Assembly (NCBI GenBank): GCA_964016885.1
Contig: OZ024741.1
Location: forward strand, 118,172,001 to 118,236,000
DNA: 64,000 bases
Origin: Eledone cirrhosa
Lineage: Eukaryota
Reading direction: 5' to 3'
Shown here: positions 62,978 through 64,000 of the stretch, one piece after another
Numbering within the stretch: the stretch's first letter is position 1
Layout of the letters: every line of letters starts with the position of its first letter
Program-made: the position numbers and the translations under genes
Notes under the pieces: model-generated
What the model was told of the DNA's origin: nothing
Database searches by the model: none
What the model saw: the letters and a program-made list of their open reading frames with translations, nothing else

Positions 62978-63346
62978 AGAAATGGAGAGAAATGAAGCAA
63001 GCAATGTCAATGTGTGTGAATGACCAAGCATAGACGAGTTGAGAGAGAAACTGTGTATAAGAGGGATAAGCTGTAGTGTGCGGGAGAGAGACTGCATTGG
63101 TATGGACATGTGATACACATGGAGGATGACTGTTGGGTAAAGAAGTGCCAAGAAATCCCAGTAGAAGGAAGACACAGTAGAGGAAGACCACGAAAATCCT
63201 GGGTGGAGGTGGTGAGAGCTGACTTCAGATCGCTGAAGCTCACGGAGGAGATGACGAAGGACCATGACGAATGGAGAGAAGCTGTGTTGAATAGGACCCG
63301 TCCCACCCTTGCAAGCAGGGGAAAGCAGATGTAAAATGATGATGAT
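62978..63346 (+). mobile_element. RTE LINE family B 3' fragment (shorter tails also at about 33380-33508 + and 49591-49763 -)
   Basis: HMEDDCWVKKCQEIPVEGRHSRGRPRKSW and the family B tail. Confidence 0.85.
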
Positions 63347-63630
63347 TTATTAGAATGCTGTTGAAGTGTGTATATATAATCTAGGGAATTTTGTAAAAAC
63401 ATTTTTTATACCCAAAGTTGGTAGAGCACTCAGTTTGAACGTTGAGTTGTAATATACAAAACTAAGGTAAATTCACATTTTCACCTGTTCAATACGCGAA
63501 TTTCTTTGTAGGAATATTTCTATAGCTCATCAGTCTAATGTCAGACTTATGAACTGTGAAAATATTCCTGCAGTGAAACACGTGTTTGACAGATGAAAAT
63601 GTGAATTCAACTCAATTTTGTGTATGTCTG

Positions 63631-63685
<55 letters not shown>

Positions 63686-63690
63686 ACCAT

Positions 63691-63828
63691 ATATCTTATG
63701 AGAATACACAGTATCTTGTAGCACATATTTCAAAGAAAAATATGTACTTTAGATGGAAATAGTACATATTTTTCTTTGAAATATGTGCTTTGTACATATA
63801 CAAGACACTGTGTATTCTCATAAGATAT
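63691..63828. repeat. About 140-bp palindrome (MITE-like)
   Basis: Inner 28-bp perfect arms gcacatatttcaaagaaaaatatgtact and agtacatatttttctttgaaatatgtgc around a 12-nt loop, plus about 30-bp outer arms. Confidence 0.85.
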
Positions 63829-63841
63829 GTCATTCTTTCTT

Positions 63842-63959
<118 letters not shown>

Positions 63960-64000
63960 TTTCTCTCTCTCTTTCTCTCTCTTTCTCTTTCTCTCTTTCT

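Overview
Eukaryotic, AT-rich, repeat-dense genomic DNA. The SINE, RTE-LINE and microsatellite landscape suggests a coleoid cephalopod such as Octopus (inference from repeat content). One host gene is recognisable on the + strand: a TBC1D24/skywalker-like Rab-GAP. Six GT-AG coding exons (15814-16123, 19238-19548, 31970-32071, 32799-32889, 35655-35746, 44556-44768) splice in frame to 373 aa. There is also a probable 78-nt phase-0 cassette exon at 56544-56621. I could not find the TLDc core exons, which probably lie beyond the window. The remainder is intronic or intergenic: at least two RTE-clade LINE families whose ORF carries a PHD-like finger inside the RT, other RTE fragments, an R4/Dong-like fragment, many tRNA-derived SINEs, and piggyBac-, hAT- and Merlin-like MITEs, a Helitron-like element, minisatellites and microsatellites. 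Most ORFs in the supplied track are repeat artefacts. There is no prokaryotic system and no CRISPR array. The best leads are a minimal hammerhead ribozyme motif in a short dispersed repeat, a 726-bp fold-back element with an 8-bp TSD, a SINE carrying tails from two LINE families, two RTE copies with the same 5' end, a serial SINE insertion hotspot, and a candidate recursive splice site created inside an antisense LINE. All come from reading by eye. Repeat boundaries are approximate unless a TSD is given.
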